A DNA stretch of 64,000 nucleotides from an uncultured Pseudobdellovibrionaceae bacterium. Its GTDB lineage: Bacteria; Bdellovibrionota; FAC87; UBA2466. The stretch is from assembly GCA_964519985.1 (NCBI GenBank), contig CAZFMF010000001.1, positions 42,633 through 106,632 on the forward strand, written 5' to 3'. The notes below the pieces were generated by a model. It made no database searches. It was not told the DNA's origin and saw only the letters and a program-made list of their open reading frames with translations. Shown in pieces: positions 36,630-46,279 of this stretch (position 1 is its first letter; every line of letters begins with the position of its first letter). Position numbers and translations under genes: made by a program.

Positions 36630-39417
36630 GCTGCTCTTTCAGTGTCTTCCGTTTGCTGCCGAGACCCTTGGCCTTTGCCGCGGGTGCGGCTTCGGTCGGG
36701 TCGAGGGCACTTTTGATGAGTTCTTGTTCTTCGAGCATATGCACCCGGTAAAACCCGTGTGCCGGACTCGCGGCTTCGGAGCGACCGCGATACTCCAAAC
36801 GGTGTCCCGCCGGAAGGAAGGGGCGCATCTTGGGCTCGATGAAACTCCAGGCGCCCATGTTTTGGGGCTCTTCCTGAGTCCAGAAAAATTCGCGTGCATT
36901 CGGATAGCGCGCAAAAATCGCTTCGATTTCCGTCTTGGGAAAAGGGTAGAGCTGTTCCACCCGCACGATCGCCGTCTTCTCCAGCGCGCGTTCCTCGCGC
37001 GCCGCGACTAGGCCAAAATAAACTTTGCCGGTGCAAAAGAGGATACGCTCCACTTTCTTCGTTTCGACTTTGGTGTCGTCGATAACCAGGTGGAGCCCAT
37101 GTTCGGTGAATTCGTCGAGATGGGAAGACGAACGCTCATCCCGCAACAAGCTCTTGGGCATCATCAGCACGAGGGGCTTGCGGAATTTCCGGTGCATCTG
37201 TCGGCGGAGTAAATGAAAGTACTGCGACGGCAATGTCGGGTAGCAAACTTGAATATTGTTCTCCGCGCAGGATTGGAGGAAACGCTCCAGTCGTGCGCTC
37301 GAGTGCTCGGGACCCTGACCTTCATAGCCATGGGGAAGGAGCAAGACGATGCCGCACATGCGATCCCACTTCGACTCGCCGCTCACCAAGAATTGATCCA
37401 GGATCATCTGCGCGCCGTTGACGAAATCGCCGAACTGCGCTTCCCAAATCACCAGGTTGCGCGGATCGGCAATGCTGTAACCATACTCGAACCCGAGCAC
37501 CGCCAGTTCCGAAAGCATGGTGTTCTTAATGGTGAAGCGCGCGGGAAATTGCGAAAGCGGCGTAAATATTTCGCCGTTCAGTGAATCGTGCAAAACCGCG
37601 TGGCGGTGAGAGAATGTGCCGCGCTCGGCGTCTTGTCCCATCAACCGCACCGGCGTGCCTTCCTGGAGCAAGGCGCCAATGGCCCATGCTTCCGCGCAGC
37701 CCCAATCTACCGGTTTGTCGCCCTTGGCCATTTGCCGACGCTGCTCGAGCACTTTCACCAGTTTGCGATTGACGGAGAAGCCTTCCGGCACGGTGGTCGC
37801 AAGCGACGTGATCTGCAAAATCTCGGCGCGGGGGACGGTGGTCTTTGCCGTCCAATCACCCCGGGCGCGCTCAAACCCTTCCCAAAGGTCGCGCAACCCT
37901 TGTACTGGGTTGCGGGCGCGCGCTTCCCGCGCGTTGGCCTGCGCTTGATCCAGCTGCTCGCGCAACTCGGCGTTCATACGCTCGTACTCTTCTTGAGTGA
38001 TCACGCCTTCGCCGATCAGTTTTTCCGCATAGAGCTCGCGCACGGATTTGAGATGGTCGATCTTTTGGTACATCACCGGTTGGGTGAAGCTCGGATCATC
38101 CGTCTCGTTATGACCAAAACGCCGGTAGCACCAAAGATCGATCAGTGCGTCGATCCGGAACTTTTGACGAAACTGCATCGCGAGCCGCGCGGCATGGACG
38201 ACCGCTTCCGGATCGTCGCCGTTGACGTGAAAAACCGGAGCTTGAATCATTTTGGCGACGTCGGTCGGGTACGGCGTGAAACGAGTTTGATCGGCGGTGG
38301 CAGTAAACCCCACCTGATTGTTGATGATAACGTGGATCGTGCCGCCGGTACGGTACGCCGGCAGTTCGGAAAGGTTCAACGTTTCGGGAACCACGCCCTG
38401 GCCCGTGAATGCCGCTTCGCCGTGAATCAGGATCGGAACCACACGTTCGCCGTCGCTATCGCCGCGCGCGTTCTGTTTGGCTTTGGCCATCCCTTCCACC
38501 ACCGGATCCACGACTTCCAGATGGCTCGGATTGGGGCAGAGGGTAACAAGCAAAGGTGTGCCGCTCGCGGTAGTGAGCGTGTTCGTGTAACCGAGGTGGT
38601 ACTTCACATCGCCGTCGCCTTCGTCGTTGGCCGGTTGCGCGGTGCCTTCGAATTCGCGCAGCACCAGCTCATACGGCTTGTGCAAAATGTTCGTCAGCAC
38701 GTTCAAGCGACCGCGGTGGGCCATGCCCATTAGGATTTCTTCCGCGCCGTTGGATCCCGCTTCATTGAGCAAGGTATCCAGGAGCGGAATCGCCGATTCG
38801 GCACCCTGAATGGAAAAGCGCTTTTGTCCGACGTATTTCGTGTGGAGAAAGAGCTCGAAACCTTCGGCGGCGACGAGTTTACTTAAAATGTACTTCTTCT
38901 CGTCGGCGGTGAGTTGTGGGTGATTGAGCGACGGCTCCATTCGTTCCTGCAACCATTCGCGTTGGGCTTTGTCCGGGATGTCCATGTACTCGACGCCGAT
39001 GGTCCCGCAGTACGTGGTCTTCAAGCCGGTAAGCAATTCGCCCAACGTCGAACCGGCGGGACCCAAGAATCCGCCGTTACCCACCGGCCGATCCATATCG
39101 TGTTCCGTGAATCCAAACTCCGAAAGCCTTAGCAGCGCGTGCTCTTCGGGGTTGCCGCCCAGTGGATTCAATGTCGCGATGAAGTGGCCTAGTTCCCGGT
39201 AGGAGTGAACGAGGTGGTTGACACCTTCGGCCGGAGATCCCGATTTGCTGCCGAGCAGTTTTTCCAAAACGGAGCCGGGGCCGGAGTTTCCGGCCTCGAA
39301 GCCGGCGAAGAACACTGCCCAGCGTTCATCTACCGACGCGGGGTCTTGCCGGTATTGCTGGTACAGCTGCTCAATGTAATCCGAATTTGCGCGGGAGAAG
39401 AAGTCGAACAGCTCCAT
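36619..39417 (-). CDS. sucA: 2-oxoglutarate dehydrogenase E1
   Basis: [48 protein letters not shown]. Confidence 0.97.
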   Translation of the reverse strand: MELFDFFSRANSDYIEQLYQQYRQDPASVDERWAVFFAGFEAGNSGPGSVLEKLLGSKSGSPAEGVNHLVHSYRELGHFIATLNPLGGNPEEHALLRLSEFGFTEHDMDRPVGNGGFLGPAGSTLGELLTGLKTTYCGTIGVEYMDIPDKAQREWLQERMEPSLNHPQLTADEKKYILSKLVAAEGFELFLHTKYVGQKRFSIQGAESAIPLLDTLLNEAGSNGAEEILMGMAHRGRLNVLTNILHKPYELVLREFEGTAQPANDEGDGDVKYHLGYTNTLTTASGTPLLVTLCPNPSHLEVVDPVVEGMAKAKQNARGDSDGERVVPILIHGEAAFTGQGVVPETLNLSELPAYRTGGTIHVIINNQVGFTATADQTRFTPYPTDVAKMIQAPVFHVNGDDPEAVVHAARLAMQFRQKFRIDALIDLWCYRRFGHNETDDPSFTQPVMYQKIDHLKSVRELYAEKLIGEGVITQEEYERMNAELREQLDQAQANAREARARNPVQGLRDLWEGFERARGDWTAKTTVPRAEILQITSLATTVPEGFSVNRKLVKVLEQRRQMAKGDKPVDWGCAEAWAIGALLQEGTPVRLMGQDAERGTFSHRHAVLHDSLNGEIFTPLSQFPARFTIKNTMLSELAVLGFEYGYSIADPRNLVIWEAQFGDFVNGAQMILDQFLVSGESKWDRMCGIVLLLPHGYEGQGPEHSSARLERFLQSCAENNIQVCYPTLPSQYFHLLRRQMHRKFRKPLVLMMPKSLLRDERSSSHLDEFTEHGLHLVIDDTKVETKKVERILFCTGKVYFGLVAAREERALEKTAIVRVEQLYPFPKTEIEAIFARYPNAREFFWTQEEPQNMGAWSFIEPKMRPFLPAGHRLEYRGRSEAASPAHGFYRVHMLEEQELIKSALDPTEAAPAAKAKGLGSKRKTLKEQHGN

Positions 39418-39496
39418 AGCGACGTAGGGCTCCTAAATGATGCCCATCAGGTTAGATCCAACCCCTCGGAATTCCAAGTAGTCATTGCAAAGACGT

Positions 39497-40297
39497 CTAA
39501 GCGCGGAAGCGGCGGAGCCGGTAGGCCCCTTGAATCACGGGCGCGGGCTGCTCGCTGCAAATCGTATCGACGAAGACGTGGATGGCCGAAGGGAGAGCCT
39601 GGAAGAGGGCGACGAAGTTGCGCGGTTCGTTTTCGAAGGAGGCGACGACTTCGCCGTCGGCGCAAAGGTTCTGCGCCACACCGACCTTATGTTCGACGTC
39701 GTCAAATTCCCGCCCGGCCTTCATCTTCAATTGCGTGCGCGGCACGGCGATGGGAAATCCGTCGCGGGCCAAGATGCGCAGGGTCCCGACGCGCATCCCC
39801 GGCTCGTCGCGGCCGGTCAAATAGACCAACTCCGCCCCTAAGTCATAGAGCTCTTTGGCAAATTCGGGCATCCCCGGGTACGGTTTATCGTGCTCTAGAT
39901 AGTCGTTCGAAAAAAACCGCTCCCGCCAGTAAGTGCGCAGTTGTTCGCGGGCGGCGCCGAGCTCGGCGTCCTTCAAGCAAAGTCCCAGATTTGCCCAAGT
40001 GTCCTCGAGCGAATAGCCGGCGGTCGGCTCGTCGAGCCGGGAAAGGGCCTCGCAAACCGGGGCCGGAATCCCCTCCCGGAGTGCTTCCGCGGCCTCGCGC
40101 AGGATGCGAACCGTGCGGGGCGCGACCTCATACAGGGTCGAATCGATGTCCAATATCACATACGATTTAATATCTAACTGTATGTTTTCTTTAACTTTAT
40201 CGCTGATACGGGAAAAAACGTCGGTGTCGGAGGAGGGGTCGAACTCACAGGCGGCGACCCAGTTGTCCCGGGCGAGAAATGTCCGTAGTCGGCTCAT
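39497..40297 (-). CDS. HAD-family hydrolase
   Basis: ILDIDSTLY, YLTGR, K, SFENEP. Confidence 0.8.
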   Translation of the reverse strand: MSRLRTFLARDNWVAACEFDPSSDTDVFSRISDKVKENIQLDIKSYVILDIDSTLYEVAPRTVRILREAAEALREGIPAPVCEALSRLDEPTAGYSLEDTWANLGLCLKDAELGAAREQLRTYWRERFFSNDYLEHDKPYPGMPEFAKELYDLGAELVYLTGRDEPGMRVGTLRILARDGFPIAVPRTQLKMKAGREFDDVEHKVGVAQNLCADGEVVASFENEPRNFVALFQALPSAIHVFVDTICSEQPAPVIQGAYRLRRFRA

Positions 40298-40331
40298 CGG
40301 GGCATTCTATATCTTTTTTTGGTCAACGGGA

Positions 40332-42956
40332 TCAATCCACCTCGCCAAGCGGCGTAATGCGGGCAATAAAGTCGCGCACTTTGTTTCCGATGACGGTGAA
40401 GTTACCGGCGACATAGACGTCGGTCGTGCCGTCGTTGGCCGGCAGAAGCCGATTCACGTTCGAGTTGGCACCCGTAGTGAATCGCGTGTCCACTGATCCG
40501 TCGGAATGCAAACGCGCGAGCCCGGGGGTGGAGGTGCCATTGTACGTGGTGAAAAATCCGCCGACGAGAATGTCGCCGCTGCCGTCGGGTAAAACGAAGA
40601 TGTCGCTCACGGAACCATTGAAGCCGGTGCCGATATTAAATGCGGGGTCGACAGAACCGTCGGGATTGATCCTTACTATTTGGCTGAGCAAGGTTCCTTG
40701 GAAAAACGTAAATGAACCGCCCAGATAGATATCCCCATCCGCTAACGGCCCCACGGTCAAGACATTGCTATTGCAAACCGTGACGCTCAGGCTGGGGTTG
40801 TGGCTGCCGTCGGAACGTAGGCGAGCGACGCGCACAGTACCGGCGCTACCCCGATAGTTGGCGAAGTCTCCCCCGACAATGATGTCTCCGCTGCCGTCGG
40901 CCGCTTTGGCGGCGGCGTAGACCAAGGAGGTCGCAAAACCGGTGCCGCCGAAACTGGTGTCGAGTGCGCCAGTGGCGAGCAGGCGGGCGACGCGGGATGC
41001 TCCGGTTCCCCCGTAGGCCGTGAAAGAGCCGAATGCCACCACGCCCCCATCCGACCAGGGGATCATGCTCATCACGTTTCCCCCGGTGAAACCTTGCACG
41101 GCAAAACTCGAATGATATTGCCCGTCGGAATTCAGTCGGGCGATGCCGGCGCTGGCCGTACCGTTGTAGGTCGCAAACTGCCCGCCGACGAAAAGATCAT
41201 CGGTACCATCGGCAGCCACTCTCACGTCGTACGTGACGGAGTTCAAGCCGGTGCCAATTGTGAATGTAGTGTCCAGGGAACCATCGACATTGAGTCGGGC
41301 GAGGTTTGCTCGACTTGTTCCGTCGTAGAGAGCATACGCGCCGGCAGTATAGATTTTTCCCGCCGCATTTCCGAGGGTGGGGACGGCCATGGTTTGGACA
41401 GAGGTGGAGACGAAGCCGGAACGGGAATTAAAGGCGGTGTCGAGCGTTCCATCGTGTTTTACGCGCGCCAGTCGATTGACCCCGGTACCGTTGTAGCTGC
41501 GGAAAGATCCGCCTACGACGAGCGAGTCGGAATCAAAAACCACCGGGCGAACGGTGTAGGGCGGCGGCGAGAAGGCAACGCTGGGCGCGAAACTAGTGGC
41601 GGGTGTACCGTCGTTGGAAAGCCGTATTAGGCCGCGGGTTGTCGTACCGCGGTAGCTGGTAAACGGACCGCCAATGTAGACATCCCCCGTGCCATCTACC
41701 GTCGGAATCACCGAATCTACGGTGCTGGAAAAACCGGCCCCCACCGCGAACGTGGGGTCGAATGTTCCATCGGCGAGAATGCGCGCCACATACGGGGAAG
41801 CATTTCCATTATAGTTGGCCGCAAATCCGCCGACGTAAATCTTGCCCGAGCCGTCCTGAGCCACGACCTTTTCGTTAGGCGTAGTGAAACCGGTCCCGGG
41901 GGCAAAGGTCGTGTCGACCGCACCATCGCTGAGCAACCGGACGATACCGGAACGGGCCGTCCCGCCGTAAGTGGTGAACTGGCCCGCGGCGTAGAGCCGG
42001 CCGTCGGTCATGGTGTCCAAGTCTTGCACGACGGCGTCGAAACCGCCCACGGTGAAACTCGCGTCGCGTGCACCCGTCGCGGTGATGCGCACGAGCCGAT
42101 TGAGCCCGAATCCGTTGTACCCCGTGAAGTTTCCACCCAGGTAAAGCAGACCGGTCCCGTCGGCGGCCAGTGCGAGCGAGGTACAGCCGCTACCGCCGGT
42201 GCAACTGGTGCCGGGGTTGAAACCCGTATCCAAGGAGCCATTGGAATTGATCCGTGCCACATGATTGATAGCGGTGCCATTGAATGAGGTGAAGTTGCCG
42301 CCGATGTAAACGTCGCCGGAGCCATCGTTCGCGGCGACGATATCTACCGCGCCGGTGGTACTAGTGCCCGGGTTAAACGCCGTGTCGAGGGTGCCGTCGT
42401 TGTGGACGCGGGCCACGCCCACGATTGCCCGATCTTTATACGCGATGAAGGCGCCTACCGCGTACACCCCCTCCGTAGTGCGGATGATCTGCGAAACGGT
42501 TCCGTTGAAGCCCTGGCCAATGACGAATGTTCCGTTGTCACTTTCGCCGGTCAGTGTGACTACAAGCGATTGGGAACCTCCGCTCCCGGAATAGTTCAGT
42601 GTAAGCGTCCCTGCGTAAGTGCCCACGGCTGGATAGGACGGGGGTTGGTACATCAAGACGACGGTGCAGCTTTGACCTCCGCCCAAGTCACTGGTGCAGG
42701 TCCCTCCGGTTCCGGGAAAGACTCCGCCTAAGAAGCCAAATGGGCTAGTAACCGTTCCACTCAGGCCGGAGATTGAGTTTTCGCTGGAGTTGGTCAGTAG
42801 CAGATTGTACGTGTTCAAGGTCCCCGCGCCACGCAGGCCGAAATCAACGGAGCTCGAAAGCACGGAAAGGGGGCCCGTACATGAATCATTCACGCATAGC
42901 CCTGGCCCGCAGGCAGCCAAAAAAAACGCGGATACCCCGATGAAGCTTCGAAGCAT
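40332..42956 (-). CDS. Lipoprotein with an Ig-like (choice-of-anchor D-like) domain and ~14 delta-60 beta-propeller repeats
   Basis: Lipobox FLAAC; FPGTGGTC Ig domain; 14 repeats of RLxxDGxLDTxF; TATAAT box at 42974-42979 (minus strand). Confidence 0.85.
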   Translation of the reverse strand: MLRSFIGVSAFFLAACGPGLCVNDSCTGPLSVLSSSVDFGLRGAGTLNTYNLLLTNSSENSISGLSGTVTSPFGFLGGVFPGTGGTCTSDLGGGQSCTVVLMYQPPSYPAVGTYAGTLTLNYSGSGGSQSLVVTLTGESDNGTFVIGQGFNGTVSQIIRTTEGVYAVGAFIAYKDRAIVGVARVHNDGTLDTAFNPGTSTTGAVDIVAANDGSGDVYIGGNFTSFNGTAINHVARINSNGSLDTGFNPGTSCTGGSGCTSLALAADGTGLLYLGGNFTGYNGFGLNRLVRITATGARDASFTVGGFDAVVQDLDTMTDGRLYAAGQFTTYGGTARSGIVRLLSDGAVDTTFAPGTGFTTPNEKVVAQDGSGKIYVGGFAANYNGNASPYVARILADGTFDPTFAVGAGFSSTVDSVIPTVDGTGDVYIGGPFTSYRGTTTRGLIRLSNDGTPATSFAPSVAFSPPPYTVRPVVFDSDSLVVGGSFRSYNGTGVNRLARVKHDGTLDTAFNSRSGFVSTSVQTMAVPTLGNAAGKIYTAGAYALYDGTSRANLARLNVDGSLDTTFTIGTGLNSVTYDVRVAADGTDDLFVGGQFATYNGTASAGIARLNSDGQYHSSFAVQGFTGGNVMSMIPWSDGGVVAFGSFTAYGGTGASRVARLLATGALDTSFGGTGFATSLVYAAAKAADGSGDIIVGGDFANYRGSAGTVRVARLRSDGSHNPSLSVTVCNSNVLTVGPLADGDIYLGGSFTFFQGTLLSQIVRINPDGSVDPAFNIGTGFNGSVSDIFVLPDGSGDILVGGFFTTYNGTSTPGLARLHSDGSVDTRFTTGANSNVNRLLPANDGTTDVYVAGNFTVIGNKVRDFIARITPLGEVD

Positions 42957-43047
42957 CGATCCCCCTCGCGGCCATTATACCCGATTGCCCAATGAGGTCC
43001 TTCCGATCATGGTCAGTCGATCGAGGGGCAGTGAAAACACATTCCGG

Positions 43048-43599
43048 TCAACGCGGCGGCGCCGGCAGAAGCGAGTGCAAGTACTCGTTCAGCCGATTGA
43101 GCAGCGTTTCGGAGATGGGTAGCTGGCGATACTGCACGCCTGAGAGATCGAAGAGGTGCTTCGACATCCGAATCGCGGCGGTGTCGTGGTACTTGTCCGA
43201 GAGATAAATGATCTCTTTTACCCGGTGGGTGGCGATGAGCTTCGCACATTCATTGCACGGGAAGAGCGTCACGTAGGCGCGCGAGCCCTCTAAGCTGCGG
43301 TTGGCGTGGGAAATCGCGTTGGCCTCACTGTGGATCACGTACCCGTATTTTTGCATTTCCAGGGGGACGTTGCGGTTATTGCCCCAGGGGATTTTCGTCT
43401 CATCGACGCCGGCGACGGCGCCGTTGTACCCCATGCTGATCTGGTGATTGTTCCCATCCACTAGAACACAACCCACCTTGGTATTCGGATCCTTGCTCTT
43501 GAAGCTCGCCATCATGGCCTGGAGCATGAAGTACTCGTCCCAATTCAGCTGGGAAGTCACCTTTATAAAGTTCACGCGGTCGTCTACAGTCGGGTCCAT
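43048..43599 (-). CDS. dCMP deaminase (ComEB family)
   Basis: WDEYFM, SKDPNTKVG, HSEANAI, LFPCNECAK. Confidence 0.92.
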   Translation of the reverse strand: MDPTVDDRVNFIKVTSQLNWDEYFMLQAMMASFKSKDPNTKVGCVLVDGNNHQISMGYNGAVAGVDETKIPWGNNRNVPLEMQKYGYVIHSEANAISHANRSLEGSRAYVTLFPCNECAKLIATHRVKEIIYLSDKYHDTAAIRMSKHLFDLSGVQYRQLPISETLLNRLNEYLHSLLPAPPR

Positions 43600-43617
43600 A
43601 AAGGCGGTATACCGCTC

Positions 43618-44079
43618 ATGGCGGATGAGTTTAAAGCAAAAGATGAGGTACTGGTCGGGGCGTTGAAACGGCTCGGCACCGTGCTGGGTTCCCCCCGGCC
43701 CGGTTGGTATCAGGTGCTCGTGGGCGGCCTGAAGGTGGAAGTGCGGGCGTCGGAGCTAAAACCGCGCGCCGCCGTCGATAAGGACCTACTCAAGACGCTG
43801 AAAAAGATCGCGGTGCCCAAAGCGGGTGATGCCAAGAATCCCCCGACCCAACCCGCTCGCTTGGATCTGCACGGAATGCGAGTGGAAGAAGCGATGCGCC
43901 TGGTCGAAAAGGCGATGGACCGGGCGATTATCGACGGGCATTCGCGGATGGAGATTGTGCACGGGATTGGCGCCGGTAAAATCCGTGAAGCGCTGCATCG
44001 TTATCTGGCGACCCTACCGGTCATCGAGAGCTTTAAACTCGACGATGGCAATGCGGGTGTGACCTGGGTCTACTTCTGA
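43618..44079 (+). CDS. Smr-domain protein (MutS2 C-terminal-like)
   Basis: LDLHGMRVEEA, IVHGIGAG, GNAGVT; short KOW-like N-part. Confidence 0.9.
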   Translation: MADEFKAKDEVLVGALKRLGTVLGSPRPGWYQVLVGGLKVEVRASELKPRAAVDKDLLKTLKKIAVPKAGDAKNPPTQPARLDLHGMRVEEAMRLVEKAMDRAIIDGHSRMEIVHGIGAGKIREALHRYLATLPVIESFKLDDGNAGVTWVYF

Positions 44080-44115
44080 AGTAGACTTCAAGGCTGAATC
44101 ACGCAGGGGGAAAAA

Positions 44116-45795
44116 ATGGGGGCGAGACTTCAACCGGGTAAACAATTATGGCATCAACACTATCCGAAGGGAGTGCCATTTGAGATCGACGCCGACGCGT
44201 ATCCGTCGATTCTCGAGGTCTTCGAGCAGTCTTGCCGAATGTTTGCGCCCAAGGCCTGCTTCAGCAATCTTGGTCTGACGCTGACCTTTCAGGATATTGA
44301 GCAGCAATCGCGCGCTTTCGCCGCGTACTTGCAAAGCCTCCCCGACCTGAAGCCGGGGGATCGCTTCGCCATCCAATCCCCGAATCTCTTGCAGTATCCC
44401 ATCGCGCTATTCGGTGCATTGCGAGCCGGTCTGGTGGTGGTGAATACCAACCCGCTTTACACCGCGCGTGAGATGGAACACCAGTTCCGTGATTCCGGCG
44501 TGAAGGGCATTATGATTTGCGCCAATTTCGCCAAGAACTTGGAAACGATCTTACCGCGCACCGATCTGCGCACCGTGATCGTGACCGAGATTGGCGATAT
44601 GTTGCCGATGCCGAAGCGCCTGATTGTGAATAGCGTCATCAAATACGTGAAGCGCATGGTGCCGAGCTACCATTTGCCGAAGGCGCTTTCGTTCCGGTCG
44701 GTGCTCGATCGGGGTGCCAAGCTGCCGTACGCTAAGGTTCCGCGTAAGGGCGATGATCTTGCGTTCATTCAATATACCGGCGGCACGACCGGAGTTTCCA
44801 AGGGCGCGATGCTCACTCACCGCAATATCGTGGCGAATATGGAGCAGGTCTCGGCGTGGCTAAAGCCCGCTCTGAAGGAAGGGGAGGACGTCTGCCTGGC
44901 GCCCTTGCCGCTCTACCACGTATTCTCATTGACGGTGAACGCCATGGCGTTTTTCAAGTACGGGTGCCATAGCGTGCTGGTCACCAACCCGCGCGACATT
45001 CCGAGCGTCATTAAGGAAATGCGCAAGTACAAGATGACCTTGATGTCGGGGGTCAATACCCTTTTCAATGCGCTGATGAACCATCCCGATTTTGAAAAGA
45101 TCGATTTTTCGAGCTTGAAAGTGTCGGTGGGCGGCGCGATGGCTTTGCAAAAACCCGTCGTTGAGCGTTGGACCCGGCTGACTAAATCTCCGCTGATTGA
45201 GGGTTACGGGCTAACTGAGACATCGCCCGTGGTCTGTGTGAATCCGATGCGCCAGGAAGATATTCGCATCGGGACGATTGGTCTGCCGGTGCCCTCGACG
45301 GAAGTGAAGATGGTCACCGAAAAGGGAACGGAAGCCACCGTGGGGGAGCCCGGGGAACTGTGGGTACGCGGACCGCAGGTGATGCGCGGGTACTGGCAGC
45401 GCGAAGACGAATCGAAGAATGTCCTGCCGGGCGAGGGGTGGTTAAAAACCGGCGACGTGGCGCAGTTCACACCCGAAGGCTACGTGAAGATCGTCGATCG
45501 GCAGAAGGACATGATCATCGTCTCGGGCTTTAAGGTGTACCCGAACGAAGTGGAAGAGGTTCTGGCCGGTCATCCGAAGATTCTCGAGGTGGGGGTGGTA
45601 GGGATTCCCGACGAGCATTCCGGGGAAACCGTGAAGGCGTTTGTCGTGAAAAAAGATCCGTCTTTGACCGAAGCCGAGGTCAAGGAGTTTGCGAAGACGG
45701 TTTTGACGAACTACAAGGTTCCGAAACACGTTCAATTTATCGATAGCCTGCCCAAAACGAATGTGGGTAAAATTCTGCGTCGCGAATTGCGCTAG
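44116..45795 (+). CDS. fadD: Long-chain-fatty-acid--CoA ligase
   Basis: QYTGGTTGVSKGA, EGYGLTETSP, KTGD, PKTNVGKILRRELR. Confidence 0.95.
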   Translation: MGARLQPGKQLWHQHYPKGVPFEIDADAYPSILEVFEQSCRMFAPKACFSNLGLTLTFQDIEQQSRAFAAYLQSLPDLKPGDRFAIQSPNLLQYPIALFGALRAGLVVVNTNPLYTAREMEHQFRDSGVKGIMICANFAKNLETILPRTDLRTVIVTEIGDMLPMPKRLIVNSVIKYVKRMVPSYHLPKALSFRSVLDRGAKLPYAKVPRKGDDLAFIQYTGGTTGVSKGAMLTHRNIVANMEQVSAWLKPALKEGEDVCLAPLPLYHVFSLTVNAMAFFKYGCHSVLVTNPRDIPSVIKEMRKYKMTLMSGVNTLFNALMNHPDFEKIDFSSLKVSVGGAMALQKPVVERWTRLTKSPLIEGYGLTETSPVVCVNPMRQEDIRIGTIGLPVPSTEVKMVTEKGTEATVGEPGELWVRGPQVMRGYWQREDESKNVLPGEGWLKTGDVAQFTPEGYVKIVDRQKDMIIVSGFKVYPNEVEEVLAGHPKILEVGVVGIPDEHSGETVKAFVVKKDPSLTEAEVKEFAKTVLTNYKVPKHVQFIDSLPKTNVGKILRRELR

Positions 45796-45811
45796 TCCAA
45801 GGGAGGTCATC

Positions 45812-46174
45812 ATGTTCAGTCGCAGATCTTTTTTATTGAGTCTGGTCGTTTTGCCGTTCACCTCGCTGATGAGTTGGGCGGCGGAGAAAAAGACGGTCAC
45901 GACCACGGAGGCCGACGCGTCCAAAGCGTTGGTCAAGCCGACGGATATGATGCCGAAGGCGATGAAGTATTCGGAAAAAGCGGAGAAGGCGACGGCGCGC
46001 ACCGACAAGAAAGCCAACTGCGCGAGTTGCATGCACTACTCGCAAGCCATCACCGCCGACAAAAAAGAAATCAAAGTGAAGGGCCAGCCGGTCGGCGCGT
46101 GCGCGCTCTTCGATGGCGGCAAAGGCTACGTCAAAGCCGGCGGCTGGTGCATGAGCTGGTTCAAAGCCGCTTAG
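45812..46174 (+). CDS. High-potential iron-sulfur protein (HiPIP), Tat-exported
   Basis: SRRSFL Tat motif; CASC..Y, GAC..F, GWC Cys pattern; GGAGG RBS. Confidence 0.88.
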   Translation: MFSRRSFLLSLVVLPFTSLMSWAAEKKTVTTTEADASKALVKPTDMMPKAMKYSEKAEKATARTDKKANCASCMHYSQAITADKKEIKVKGQPVGACALFDGGKGYVKAGGWCMSWFKAA

Positions 46175-46175
46175 G

Positions 46176-46264
46176 TCCTAAAAGGTGCCCATCTACTTTT
46201 GGTCCCAAAAGGTAGCGGGTGCGCACCCGGCACTTTTCGGGACCAAAAGTAGATGGGCACCTTT
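46176..46264. repeat. REPIN/MITE-like palindromic element, family A, copy 2
   Basis: Perfect 26-bp IR 46181-46206 / 46239-46264 with inner GGTAGCGGGTGCGCACCCGGCAC. Confidence 0.88.
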
Positions 46265-46279
46265 CGGGGAGGAGAGAAG

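Noticed and set aside
37588-40170. Long plus-strand ORFs (381 and 321 aa)
   Set aside because: Antisense to sucA and the HAD gene; expected in GC-rich coding DNA
43048-44079. dCMP deaminase plus Smr nuclease as an anti-phage nucleotide-depletion system
   Set aside because: Divergent orientation, ordinary ComEB-type deaminase without a kinase domain, housekeeping context
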